This document shows positions 52,501 through 59,648 of a stretch of 64,000 nucleotides of DNA, piece after piece. The DNA comes from Planctomycetota bacterium. GTDB lineage: Bacteria; Planctomycetota; Phycisphaerae; SM23-33. The position numbers were made by a program, and so were the translations under genes. Location: assembly GCA_022705325.1 (NCBI GenBank), contig JAKJER010000006.1:169097-233096 (forward strand), in the 5' to 3' direction. The notes beneath the pieces were generated by a model that was given only the letters and a program-made list of their open reading frames with translations, had not been told where the DNA came from and did not search any database. How positions within the stretch are numbered: the first letter of the stretch is position 1; every line of letters starts with the position of its first letter.

Positions 52501-53064
52501 GGCAAGACGCTGTACCTGGCCTGGACCGTCCGCGACGCCTCGCCGTGGGTCAACGGCGGCAAGGACTGGCAGGCGGTGTTCAAGACGGGCGACAGCGTGG
52601 ACATCCAGCTCGGCACGGACGCCAGGGCCAACCCGCGCCGCAGCGGCCCCGTGCCGGGCGACCTGCGGCTGCTGGTCGCCCCGTTCCAGAAGGAGAACAT
52701 CGCGGTCCTGTACCGCCACCGCCTGAGCGGCGCGAGCGACGGCGTGGTCTTCCAGAGCCCCTGGCGCAGCGAGAAGGTCGACAGCGTCCGCCGCCTGGCC
52801 TCCGCCCGCATCGCCGTCCAGCGGCGCGGCGACTCGTACCAGGTGGAGCTGGCCGTCCCGTTGACCGACCTGGGCCTGCCGGCGCCCCTCCCCAACGGGC
52901 TGCGGGGCGACTTCGGCGTGCTCTACGGCGACGCAGAAGGCACGGCCACCGTCTACCGAAACTACTGGTCCAACCAGGCCACCGCCCTGGTCAACGACGT
53001 GCCCGGCGAGATCATGCTCTCGCCCAACCTGTGGGGAGATCTGACGGTGGAGGTGAAGGAATGA
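49510..53064 (+). CDS. Large secreted beta-propeller (NHL-like repeat) protein with a C-terminal CBM9/DOMON-like domain
   Basis: Signal peptide MRDHRLTWILFLPALWAGACRA. NHL-like blades (…LYLADAGENAVLVIDPATG…, …FFVSDAESHTVRVFDSAGK…, …HLWITESGRW…). The C-terminus …IDGKLEDWPGEPAASWNRGERFPV…LYLAWTVRD… is CBM9-like. Confidence 0.5.
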   Translation: MRDHRLTWILFLPALWAGACRAETGEADLVLVSTAASPRVAYALDRGGGALEAVVAVDWFRPDVDEGVAVELGLAADREVRLGGTDARVRKADGRTFFAFTVPADKLVAGPAGWDRLRMALAVEWSGGPNGLPRQRESFLQGAALAPHAGLASTDRWQPIHLGEFEKMLADRRLQIAFTLDQPVEGKATVVIEDERGNRVRNLMGGRTMAKGPHRIVWDAADDAGRIQPPGRYRWRALAHPGLRPRYVMSFCDGPGSNHGTFHAAATNGKCLFFGTPVSEGGYQLVQLDPDGRMVRGFNAPHGTGLNRVALAADDKSLYAAYDGSFWGQHVDRSKPNWQAEYKITLLRVDLAAGAFKEYGKSRSAEIRRYSVGPGSPDKRLDRLALAGLALLSGKLYLADAGENAVLVIDPATGAVERTFGLPDPVALAAGRDRLFALSGSKLVELDASKGSLSREIATLPGRPAGLAVATEGRFFVSDAESHTVRVFDSAGKQTAAVGLAGGIKSGPYDPRRLDNPAGLVLSPDGHLWITESGRWTPKRLAAFDIASGNVWKEFFGPTSYGASGAGFDPTDASRWFGQGTLFKLDMTAGTAQPLAILGGKEGRSYRYWRQDGRTFVIACGKATWIQELRSDNTLKPLAMVSSAHQFAYACDWKPPEAFVEAFRRAYPDKKYTRGTSGQPTHGFGMMWVDRSGDGELQADEIEFSTAADNFGGSGWGHDFHDLTLRVAGKVDGKTVLVTLKPDGWHPSGAPRYPALNDAVKAGVPIDLTHCNVESTTDRFGNVIVNSDPVMKAFAPDGRLLWTYPNRWSNVHGSHRAPLPSAGELQGVLFFTGAAPLDERSDVVAMNGNHGRAFFMTSDGLYVDEMFPDVRLMSNPQAGGVGILGGECFGGAFGRDEKSGTCYYQGGGIEYRIYRVEGLDRVARSGGELTVSAEQVTAAERNQVRQAAAAAAPAKATIRYLATPPAIDGKLEDWPGEPAASWNRGERFPVSVRAGHDGKTLYLAWTVRDASPWVNGGKDWQAVFKTGDSVDIQLGTDARANPRRSGPVPGDLRLLVAPFQKENIAVLYRHRLSGASDGVVFQSPWRSEKVDSVRRLASARIAVQRRGDSYQVELAVPLTDLGLPAPLPNGLRGDFGVLYGDAEGTATVYRNYWSNQATALVNDVPGEIMLSPNLWGDLTVEVKE

Positions 53065-54788
53065 GCACGCGAGGACTCACACTGGGTTGTGTCCTGCTGG
53101 GCCTGTTGCAGGCCGTAGCTCCGGCCGCCGACGCGACGGCGCTTCGCTGCGCCGGCGTCCTGGGCAACTCCGGCGAGCAGGGCAAGACGCTGGTGCGGCT
53201 GGGCCCGGAAGAGGCCAGCGGCATCGGCGTGGTGGTCGACAAGTACGGCACGCTGTGGGACCGCGGCGGCGCGGGCACGCTTAACCGCTATGCCCCCGAC
53301 GGGCGCCTGCTGGGCTCGTATCCCATCGCCGGCGGGCGGGGCAATCGAGGCTCCGACGTCATCGCCCTGCTGGGCGACACGATCGTCCTGCGGCTGGGCG
53401 ACGGCCTGTACGCCTTGAACGTGGACGACAAGCCGGGCACGCCGGCCCGGCCGCTGAACGTGCCGGCCGACCGCCTGTCGCTGACCGCCCGCGACGGATG
53501 GCTGGCGGCGTCCAAGGGCAAGGACGTGTTCCTGGTCAACGCCGAGGGCAAGACCAAACCGCTGGCGACCCTGCCGTCTGAGCCGCACCTGGGCGTGTCG
53601 TTCGACGCCGAGGGCAACGTCTGCGCGGACCTGGAATGGAAGCTGCATCGTGTCGTCGCCGGCGGCTCGCCGGTGCTGCTGGGCCCCGTGCCGGGCGAAC
53701 GTCCGCTGCTGGTGGACGGCTACTGGTACGGCAGCGCGTGGCACAGCACGCTGCGGCGGTTCGACGCGTCGCTCCAGCCGGCGCCGGGCGTGGTGCTGGG
53801 AGGCAACAGCGGCTCGTTCATCGGGCACGTGGCCGAGCAGGCGGAGATCGTCAACTCCCGCGGCCTGGCCCGCGTGCGGGGCGACCTGTTCGCGATCTCC
53901 GGGCTCACGGGCGTGCTGCACCTGGCGGCCTGGAACGGCGACGACCTGCGATTCGAGGTGGTGCGGCGCATCGGGGCGGCCGGCGCCTGTTCCGCGCTGG
54001 CCCTGGACAGCGAGGGGCGGACCTGGTTCCGCGCCGGCTCGTGGAACTGGGACGACGGCCCGGCCAGCCCGCTGCGATGGGGCATCCCCGAGCCGGACAG
54101 CGTCTTCGGTCTGGCCGTGCGGGACGACGACGCGGTCGTCGGCTACGGCGTGAAGTACGGCAAGTGCTCCATCTTCTGCGGCAAGCTGGACAAGGAAATC
54201 CGCGTCTGGCAGATCGAGGGCAACAGTGCGCTGCCCAAGTCGGCTGTCGCCGTCGCCGCCATCCAGGAGAAGGGCCGGCACACGCTGCTGGTGCTGGACA
54301 ACCAGGGGCGTCTGGCAGGCTTCCGCGTCGGCGGCGACGGGCGCCCTGAAGGCGACGCAGCCCCCACGACCGTCAGGACCGCCAAGCCGGTCAAGGAGTG
54401 GACGTCGCTGGCCGCCCTCTCGGACGACAAGCTCGTGGCTGCCGGCGACGGACAGGTCATCGAACTTGCCCGCAACGGGGCCGACTGGAAAGAGACCGCC
54501 CGCTGGAACTCCTGGGGCGAAGGGCCGGGCGAGAAGCTTGGCGGCAGCATTCGCCTGGCGAGCGAATCGGGACGGCTGTGGGTTGCCGACGCCACCCGCC
54601 ACCGCGTCGTCTGCCTGTCGCTGGACGGACGGAAGTTACTGGGAACGTTCGGGCAGACGGACCGCGCGGGCGACGACCTGGCCCATCTCAGCGCCCCCGC
54701 CGCCCTGGCCGCCCGCGGCGGGCGGGCCGTCGTGTTCGACAGCGGCAACCAGCGACTCGTGCGGATTCAATTGTCAAGCGGCCATTGA
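53061..54788 (+). CDS. Secreted beta-propeller repeat protein, translationally coupled (ATGA, GGAGGTGAAGGA RBS) to the upstream gene
   Basis: MSTRGLTLGCVLLGLLQAVAPAADA signal. Repeated …LWVADATRHRVVCLSLDGRKLLGTFG… blades. It ends …QLSSGH* in a TTGTCAA/TTGACAA repeat. Confidence 0.5.
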   Translation: MSTRGLTLGCVLLGLLQAVAPAADATALRCAGVLGNSGEQGKTLVRLGPEEASGIGVVVDKYGTLWDRGGAGTLNRYAPDGRLLGSYPIAGGRGNRGSDVIALLGDTIVLRLGDGLYALNVDDKPGTPARPLNVPADRLSLTARDGWLAASKGKDVFLVNAEGKTKPLATLPSEPHLGVSFDAEGNVCADLEWKLHRVVAGGSPVLLGPVPGERPLLVDGYWYGSAWHSTLRRFDASLQPAPGVVLGGNSGSFIGHVAEQAEIVNSRGLARVRGDLFAISGLTGVLHLAAWNGDDLRFEVVRRIGAAGACSALALDSEGRTWFRAGSWNWDDGPASPLRWGIPEPDSVFGLAVRDDDAVVGYGVKYGKCSIFCGKLDKEIRVWQIEGNSALPKSAVAVAAIQEKGRHTLLVLDNQGRLAGFRVGGDGRPEGDAAPTTVRTAKPVKEWTSLAALSDDKLVAAGDGQVIELARNGADWKETARWNSWGEGPGEKLGGSIRLASESGRLWVADATRHRVVCLSLDGRKLLGTFGQTDRAGDDLAHLSAPAALAARGGRAVVFDSGNQRLVRIQLSSGH

Positions 54789-54791
54789 CAA
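54771..54791. repeat. 7-7-7 inverted heptamer (TTGTCAA GCGGCCA TTGACAA) overlapping the stop codon
   Basis: Direct reading; the stop TGA is at 54786-54788 inside the third unit. Confidence 0.5.
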
Positions 54792-54806
54792 CGGACAATC
54801 AAGTCC

Positions 54807-56030
54807 ATGTGGATGTTGTGGACAACGCTGAAGATTGCCCTGGCCTCGCTGGCGAGCAACAAGCTGCGCAGCATCCTGACGATGCTGGGGGTGATCATCG
54901 GCGTGGGAGCGGTCATCGCCATGCTCTCGCTGGGCTCGGCCTTCGGGCAGTTCATCGAGAGCCAGATCTCCTCGCTGGGCACCAACGTGCTGTTCGTGCG
55001 GGCCACGCACCAGAAGCACGGGCCGCCGGTGGCCCTGATCCAGACGATGACCGTCGAGGACGCCGAGGCCGTTCTCGCCCTGGACGGCGTGCGAGCGGTC
55101 AGCCCGATGGCCATGAACGGCGGGACCATCAAGGCGGGCAACAAGTCCAGCGGATCGGCCGCCATCGTCGGCATCGCCCCCTCGCTGTTCGACATCCAGA
55201 ACATCCAGATCGCCCGCGGGCGGATCTTCACCGACGCCGAGGTCCGCCGCCAGGCCCGCGTGGGCGTGATCGGGCCCAAGCTGGCCGACGACCTCTTCGG
55301 CGACCAGGACCCCATCGGGCGCGAACTCCGCATCGAGACCGTGCACTTCCGCGTGATCGGCCTGACCACCCGCATCGGCGATCAGGGAGGCTACAACCCC
55401 GACGACCGCATCCTCATCCCCTACACCGTGGCCATGCGCCAACTCACCCCGCGACGAGACTACCTCGCCGTCGTCGCCGTCGCGGTGGCCGAGAAGGACC
55501 AGATCGACCCGGTCAAGGAGAGGATGACCTCCCTGCTCCGCCAGCGCCACCGCCTCCGTCATGACGAAGCCGACGACTTCTCCATCGCCGACCTCGCCCA
55601 GATCCTCGCCACCTTCCAGAAGGTCAGCCTCGGGCTCACCCTCTTCCTGGGCATGGTGGCGGCCATCAGCCTCATCGTCGGCGGAATCGGGATCATGAAC
55701 ATCATGCTGGCCACGGTGGCCGAGCGGACGCGGGAGATCGGCATCCGCAAGGCCCTGGGGGCCAAGGACCGCGACATCCTCCAGCAGTTCCTCATCGAGG
55801 CCCTGGTGATCACGCTGGGCGGCGGGCTGATCGGCCTGGGGCTGGGTTGGCTGCTCATGGTCGGCGGCGGCAAGGTGGTGGCCAACTGGCTCGCGCTGGA
55901 CACGGCCCTCCAGTGGTGGGCCGTCGCCATGGCGATCGCCATCTCCACCGTCGTCGGGCTGGTCAGCGGGCTCTACCCCGCCTTCCGCGCCAGCCGGCTG
56001 GACCCGATCGTCGCGCTGCGATACGAGTAA
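54807..56030 (+). CDS. ABC-transporter permease of the FtsX/MacB/LolCE family, with no ATPase gene adjacent
   Basis: N-terminal TM, about 220-aa periplasmic domain, then the FtsX 3-TM bundle (…ISLIVGGIGIMNIMLATVAERTREIGIRKALGA…). Confidence 0.8.
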   Translation: MWMLWTTLKIALASLASNKLRSILTMLGVIIGVGAVIAMLSLGSAFGQFIESQISSLGTNVLFVRATHQKHGPPVALIQTMTVEDAEAVLALDGVRAVSPMAMNGGTIKAGNKSSGSAAIVGIAPSLFDIQNIQIARGRIFTDAEVRRQARVGVIGPKLADDLFGDQDPIGRELRIETVHFRVIGLTTRIGDQGGYNPDDRILIPYTVAMRQLTPRRDYLAVVAVAVAEKDQIDPVKERMTSLLRQRHRLRHDEADDFSIADLAQILATFQKVSLGLTLFLGMVAAISLIVGGIGIMNIMLATVAERTREIGIRKALGAKDRDILQQFLIEALVITLGGGLIGLGLGWLLMVGGGKVVANWLALDTALQWWAVAMAIAISTVVGLVSGLYPAFRASRLDPIVALRYE

Positions 56031-56105
56031 TAGTGGTTCGTGCACAGTGGATGGCCAAGCGCGTCCTGTTCTCTTCCCTATCCACTATCCACTGTCCACT
56101 ATTCC
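56029..56105. repeat. Inverted heptamer arrays (AATAGTGG…CACAGTGG vs TATCCAC TATCCAC TGTCCAC TATT) between the permease gene and nrdJ
   Basis: AATAGTGGTTCGTGCACAGTGGATGG is approximately the reverse complement of CTATCCACTATCCACTGTCCACTATT. Units are 7-nt periodic and contain CACTAT / ATAGTG, which resemble NrdR half-sites. Confidence 0.55.
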
Positions 56106-56140
56106 GCGCGTTAGAATGTCGGAGAGCAAAGCGTCACCCA

Positions 56141-58036
56141 ATGCAGACATTCGAGCCCATTTTGTCCCCCAATGCCCTGCGGGCGCTGGAGGCGCGGTAT
56201 TTGCGGAAGGACATCTCCGGGCGGCTCCTCGAGACGCCGGGCGGAATGTTCCAGCGCGTGGCCCGGGCGGTGGCCGCTGCCGAGCCGGCCTACGGGGCCT
56301 CGCCGGCTGAAGTCGAGCAAACCGAGCGCGACTTCTACGAGATGATGGCCCGCACGGAGTTCCTGCCCAACAGCCCCACGCTGATGAACGCGGGACGCCG
56401 GCTCGGAATGCTCAGCGCGTGCTTCGTGCTGCCTATCGACGACTCGATCGACGCCATCTTCGAGTCGGTCAAGCACACCGCGCTGATCCAGAAGGCCGGC
56501 GGGGGCACGGGCTTCTCCTTCGACCGCCTCCGCCCCACGGGCGATTACGTGGCCTCCTCGGGCGGCACGACCAGCGGGCCCATCAGCTTCTGGCGGGTCT
56601 TTTGCGAGGCCACCCGCGCCATCCAGCAGGGGGCGTTCCGGCGCGGGGCCAACATGGGCATGATGTCCGTCGACCGCCCCGACATTCTCAAATTCATCTC
56701 GGCCAAGGAAAGGCCGGGCGAGTTCGAGAACTTCAACATCTCCGTCAAGGTCACCGACGCGTTCATGTGCGATCTGCGAAGCGACGGCGACCGTCCGCAC
56801 GTGGTCACCAACCCTCACACGGGCGAGCGGTATACCCTCCCGGCCGGGCTGGACGTGGCCACCTACTCGATCCACGACCTGGCGCCCCACGACGGCCGCC
56901 CCGCCCCGCCCTACGCCGTCACCAGCCGCCAGGTCTGGGACCGCATCGTCCGGGGCGCGTGGGCCACCGGCGAGCCCGGGCTGTGCTTCATCGACCGCGT
57001 CAACGCCGACAACCCCACCCCCCAAGTCGGGCGGATCGAGGCCACCAACCCCTGCGGCGAGCAGCCCCTGCTGGATTACGAGGCCTGCAACCTCGGCTCG
57101 GTGGACGTCTCCAAGTTCGTCCGCGACGGACGGCTCGACGAGGCCGCCTTCTCCCGCACCGTCCGTCTGGGCGTCCGGTTCCTCGACGACGTCATCGACG
57201 TCAACAACTACGTCATCCCAGCCGTGACCGACATCTGCCGCCGCAACCGCAAGATCGGGCTGGGCGTCATGGGTCTGGCCGACGCCTTGATGGAACTGGA
57301 GATCCCCTACGACAGCGAGGAAGGCCTGGCCTTCGGGCGGCGAGTGGCGGAGTTGTTCACGCGCGAGGCCTTCGCCGCCGACGAGGAACTGGCCCGCCGG
57401 CGCGGGTGCTTTGCCAACTGGCCCGGCAGCGTGTGGGATGTCCGCCATCACCGCCCCATGCGCAACGCAGCCGTCACCACCGTGGCCCCCACCGGCACGC
57501 TGAGCCTCATCGCCGGCTGCTCCGGCGGGATCGAGCCCGTCTACGCCCTGGCCTTCTACCGCCACGTGCTGGGCGGGCAGGAGATGCTCGACCTCTGCGG
57601 GCCCTTCCTGCGCTACGCCCGACGGCACGGCATCTGGAATGACGATCTGGCCCGCCGCCTGGCCGGGCGGACAAGCCTGGGCTGCATCGAGGGCCTCGAT
57701 GCCCGCACCCGCGAGATCTTCGTCACCGCCCACGACGTGGCCCCCGCCTGGCACGTTCGAATGCAGGCCGTCTTCCAGGAGCACGTCGACGGGGCCATCT
57801 CCAAGACCATCAACCTCCCCGCCGGCGCCACCCTCAAGGACGTGGAAGACGTCTACCAGCTCGCCTTCGACCTCCGCTGCAAAGGCGTGACCGTCTACCG
57901 CGACGGCTGCCGGACGGGCCAGCCCATGACCACCGAGAAGCTCGACGCCCTCTGCCCACGCTGCCAGGCGCTGCTCGAAGAGATCGACGGCGCCTGCTCG
58001 CGCTGCCCCTCGTGCGGGGCGCCCCTGTGTTCCTGA
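56141..58036 (+). CDS. nrdJ: Adenosylcobalamin-dependent (class II) ribonucleotide reductase with a C-terminal zinc ribbon
   Basis: Active-site …ATNPCGEQPL…, …SNCNLGS-like CNLGSVD…, and a C-terminal CPRCQ…CSRCPSCG. 631 aa. Confidence 0.85.
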   Translation: MQTFEPILSPNALRALEARYLRKDISGRLLETPGGMFQRVARAVAAAEPAYGASPAEVEQTERDFYEMMARTEFLPNSPTLMNAGRRLGMLSACFVLPIDDSIDAIFESVKHTALIQKAGGGTGFSFDRLRPTGDYVASSGGTTSGPISFWRVFCEATRAIQQGAFRRGANMGMMSVDRPDILKFISAKERPGEFENFNISVKVTDAFMCDLRSDGDRPHVVTNPHTGERYTLPAGLDVATYSIHDLAPHDGRPAPPYAVTSRQVWDRIVRGAWATGEPGLCFIDRVNADNPTPQVGRIEATNPCGEQPLLDYEACNLGSVDVSKFVRDGRLDEAAFSRTVRLGVRFLDDVIDVNNYVIPAVTDICRRNRKIGLGVMGLADALMELEIPYDSEEGLAFGRRVAELFTREAFAADEELARRRGCFANWPGSVWDVRHHRPMRNAAVTTVAPTGTLSLIAGCSGGIEPVYALAFYRHVLGGQEMLDLCGPFLRYARRHGIWNDDLARRLAGRTSLGCIEGLDARTREIFVTAHDVAPAWHVRMQAVFQEHVDGAISKTINLPAGATLKDVEDVYQLAFDLRCKGVTVYRDGCRTGQPMTTEKLDALCPRCQALLEEIDGACSRCPSCGAPLCS

Positions 58037-58085
58037 TTGCGGATTGCGAATTGCGGACTGCGAACCTGCCGGCAGGCAGGTCGAC
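58035..58085. repeat. Second copy of the REP-like element: 4 x GATTGCG heptamers plus the identical 23-nt core AACCTGCCGGCAGGCAGGTCGAC (58063-58085)
   Basis: GATTGCG GATTGCG AATTGCG GACTGCG starts at the nrdJ stop (TGA 58034-58036). The core is 23/23 identical to 44387-44409. Confidence 0.75.
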
Positions 58086-58144
58086 TATCCCGCGATTGAT
58101 CTTCCTGCCAGGTGAGACTATCCTCTTGGGCCAGGAGAACGCCC

Positions 58145-59596
58145 ATGACAAGATCACTTCTTCTCACCGCCTGCGTGCTGTGTCTGCTGGTTCACTCCGC
58201 CCCCGCCGCCGAGCTGCACGTGGGAGCAATCGAGGTGGACATCACCCCGCCCCTGCCGGTCGCGCTGGCTGGGCAGTTCCATCTCCGCGTGGCCCAGAAG
58301 GCTGAGACGCCCATCAAGGCCGGCATCCTCGTGCTGGAATCGCGAGAGGGCGACAAGGGCCTCGACCACGCCGTCATGATCTCCTGCGACGTGGTCGGCG
58401 TCCCGCCGGATGTGCTGGAACTGGTCCGCCAGGAAACGCACAAGGTCGTCCCGGACCTGGACGTGAGCAAGTTGTTCATCTCGGCCACCCACACGCACAC
58501 CGCCCCGGTGCTGCGGCGCAACGTGTACGTGATTCCGAAGGGCGTGACGCAGGCGGACGAGTACGGCGCGATCCTGGCCCAGCGCCTCGCCCAGGGCGTG
58601 GCCGCGGCATGGAAGGCCCGCAAGGTCGGCAGCGTCGGCTGGGGACTGGGCCATGCCGTGGTGGCCTACAACCGCCGGGCGTCCTACGCCAGCGGCAAGG
58701 CCCAGATGTACGGCAAGACCGACCGAGCGGACTTCCGCCATCTTGAAGGCTACGAGGACCATGACGTGAACACGCTGCTGGCGTGGGACGCCCAAGGCAA
58801 GCTGTTGGCCGCCGCGGTGAACGTGTCGTGCCCGGCCCAGGAAGTCGAGGGACGCACGTCGCTCAACGCCGACTACTGGCACCCGGCCCGGCAACTGCTG
58901 CGCAAACGATTCGGCGAGGAGTTGTGCGTCCTGGGATGGATCGGGGCAGCCGGCGACCAGTCGCCCCATCTGATGTACCGCAAGGCCTCCGACGAGCGGA
59001 TGATGCGCCTGCGCGGACTGACGCGGCTGGAGGAGATCGCCCGGCGGGTCGATCGCGCGGTCGAGGAGGCGTACGAGGCCGCCGGCCAGGACAGCCACAG
59101 CAACGTGGCGTTCGCACACCGCGTCCAGACGCTCCGCCTGCCGATGCGGCTGGTGCTCGAATCCGAATACGCCGAGGCCAAGGCCGCTGTCGCCGAGGCG
59201 GCTTCGCAGATCGAGAAGGACCCCAAGGCCGCCGACCGCCACCACCGCAAGATGGAGTGGTACCAGAAGACGGTCGACCGCTTCGAGGCCCAAAAGAGCG
59301 AGCCCCATCCGACGCTGGAGATCGAGGTGCACGTGCTTCGCATCGGCGATGTCGCGATCTGCACGAACCCCTTTGAGTTGTTCACCGACTACGGCATCCG
59401 GATCAAGGCCCGCAGCAAGGCGGTGCAGACGTTCGTGGTGCAGTTGACCGGCGGATTGAGCGGCTACCTGCCCACCGAGCGGGCGGTGGCCGGCGGGCAT
59501 TACAGCGCCGTGGTGCACTCCAGCCAGGTCGGGCCCGAGGGCGGGCAGGTGCTCGTCGACAAGACGGTGGAGACGATCAACTCCATGTGGCCGTGA
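58145..59596 (+). CDS. Secreted hydrolase, neutral/alkaline-ceramidase-like (tentative)
   Basis: Signal peptide MTRSLLLTACVLCLLVHSAPAAE. The N-terminal region (…ISATHTHTAP…) resembles neutral ceramidase N-terminal domains. The family assignment is weak. Confidence 0.4.
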   Translation: MTRSLLLTACVLCLLVHSAPAAELHVGAIEVDITPPLPVALAGQFHLRVAQKAETPIKAGILVLESREGDKGLDHAVMISCDVVGVPPDVLELVRQETHKVVPDLDVSKLFISATHTHTAPVLRRNVYVIPKGVTQADEYGAILAQRLAQGVAAAWKARKVGSVGWGLGHAVVAYNRRASYASGKAQMYGKTDRADFRHLEGYEDHDVNTLLAWDAQGKLLAAAVNVSCPAQEVEGRTSLNADYWHPARQLLRKRFGEELCVLGWIGAAGDQSPHLMYRKASDERMMRLRGLTRLEEIARRVDRAVEEAYEAAGQDSHSNVAFAHRVQTLRLPMRLVLESEYAEAKAAVAEAASQIEKDPKAADRHHRKMEWYQKTVDRFEAQKSEPHPTLEIEVHVLRIGDVAICTNPFELFTDYGIRIKARSKAVQTFVVQLTGGLSGYLPTERAVAGGHYSAVVHSSQVGPEGGQVLVDKTVETINSMWP

Positions 59597-59631
59597 TCGT
59601 CGTTCGTTGTTCGCTATTCGTTGTTTGTCAC
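59597..59631. repeat. Heptamer array TCGTCGT TCGTTGT TCGCTAT TCGTTGT TTGTCAC starting immediately after the stop codon
   Basis: Direct reading; it begins at the nucleotide after TGA (59594-59596). Confidence 0.7.
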
Positions 59632-59648
59632 GGAAGCGATGGAACTCC

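Noticed and set aside
56029-56140. Cobalamin riboswitch or canonical NrdR box upstream of nrdJ
   Set aside because: The CCACTG/CACTAT motifs resemble a B12-box and NrdR half-sites, but the region is only about 110 nt, which is too short for a cobalamin riboswitch. The half-sites are direct 7-nt repeats rather than 16-bp palindromes, so the region is reported as a heptamer array with possible regulatory meaning.
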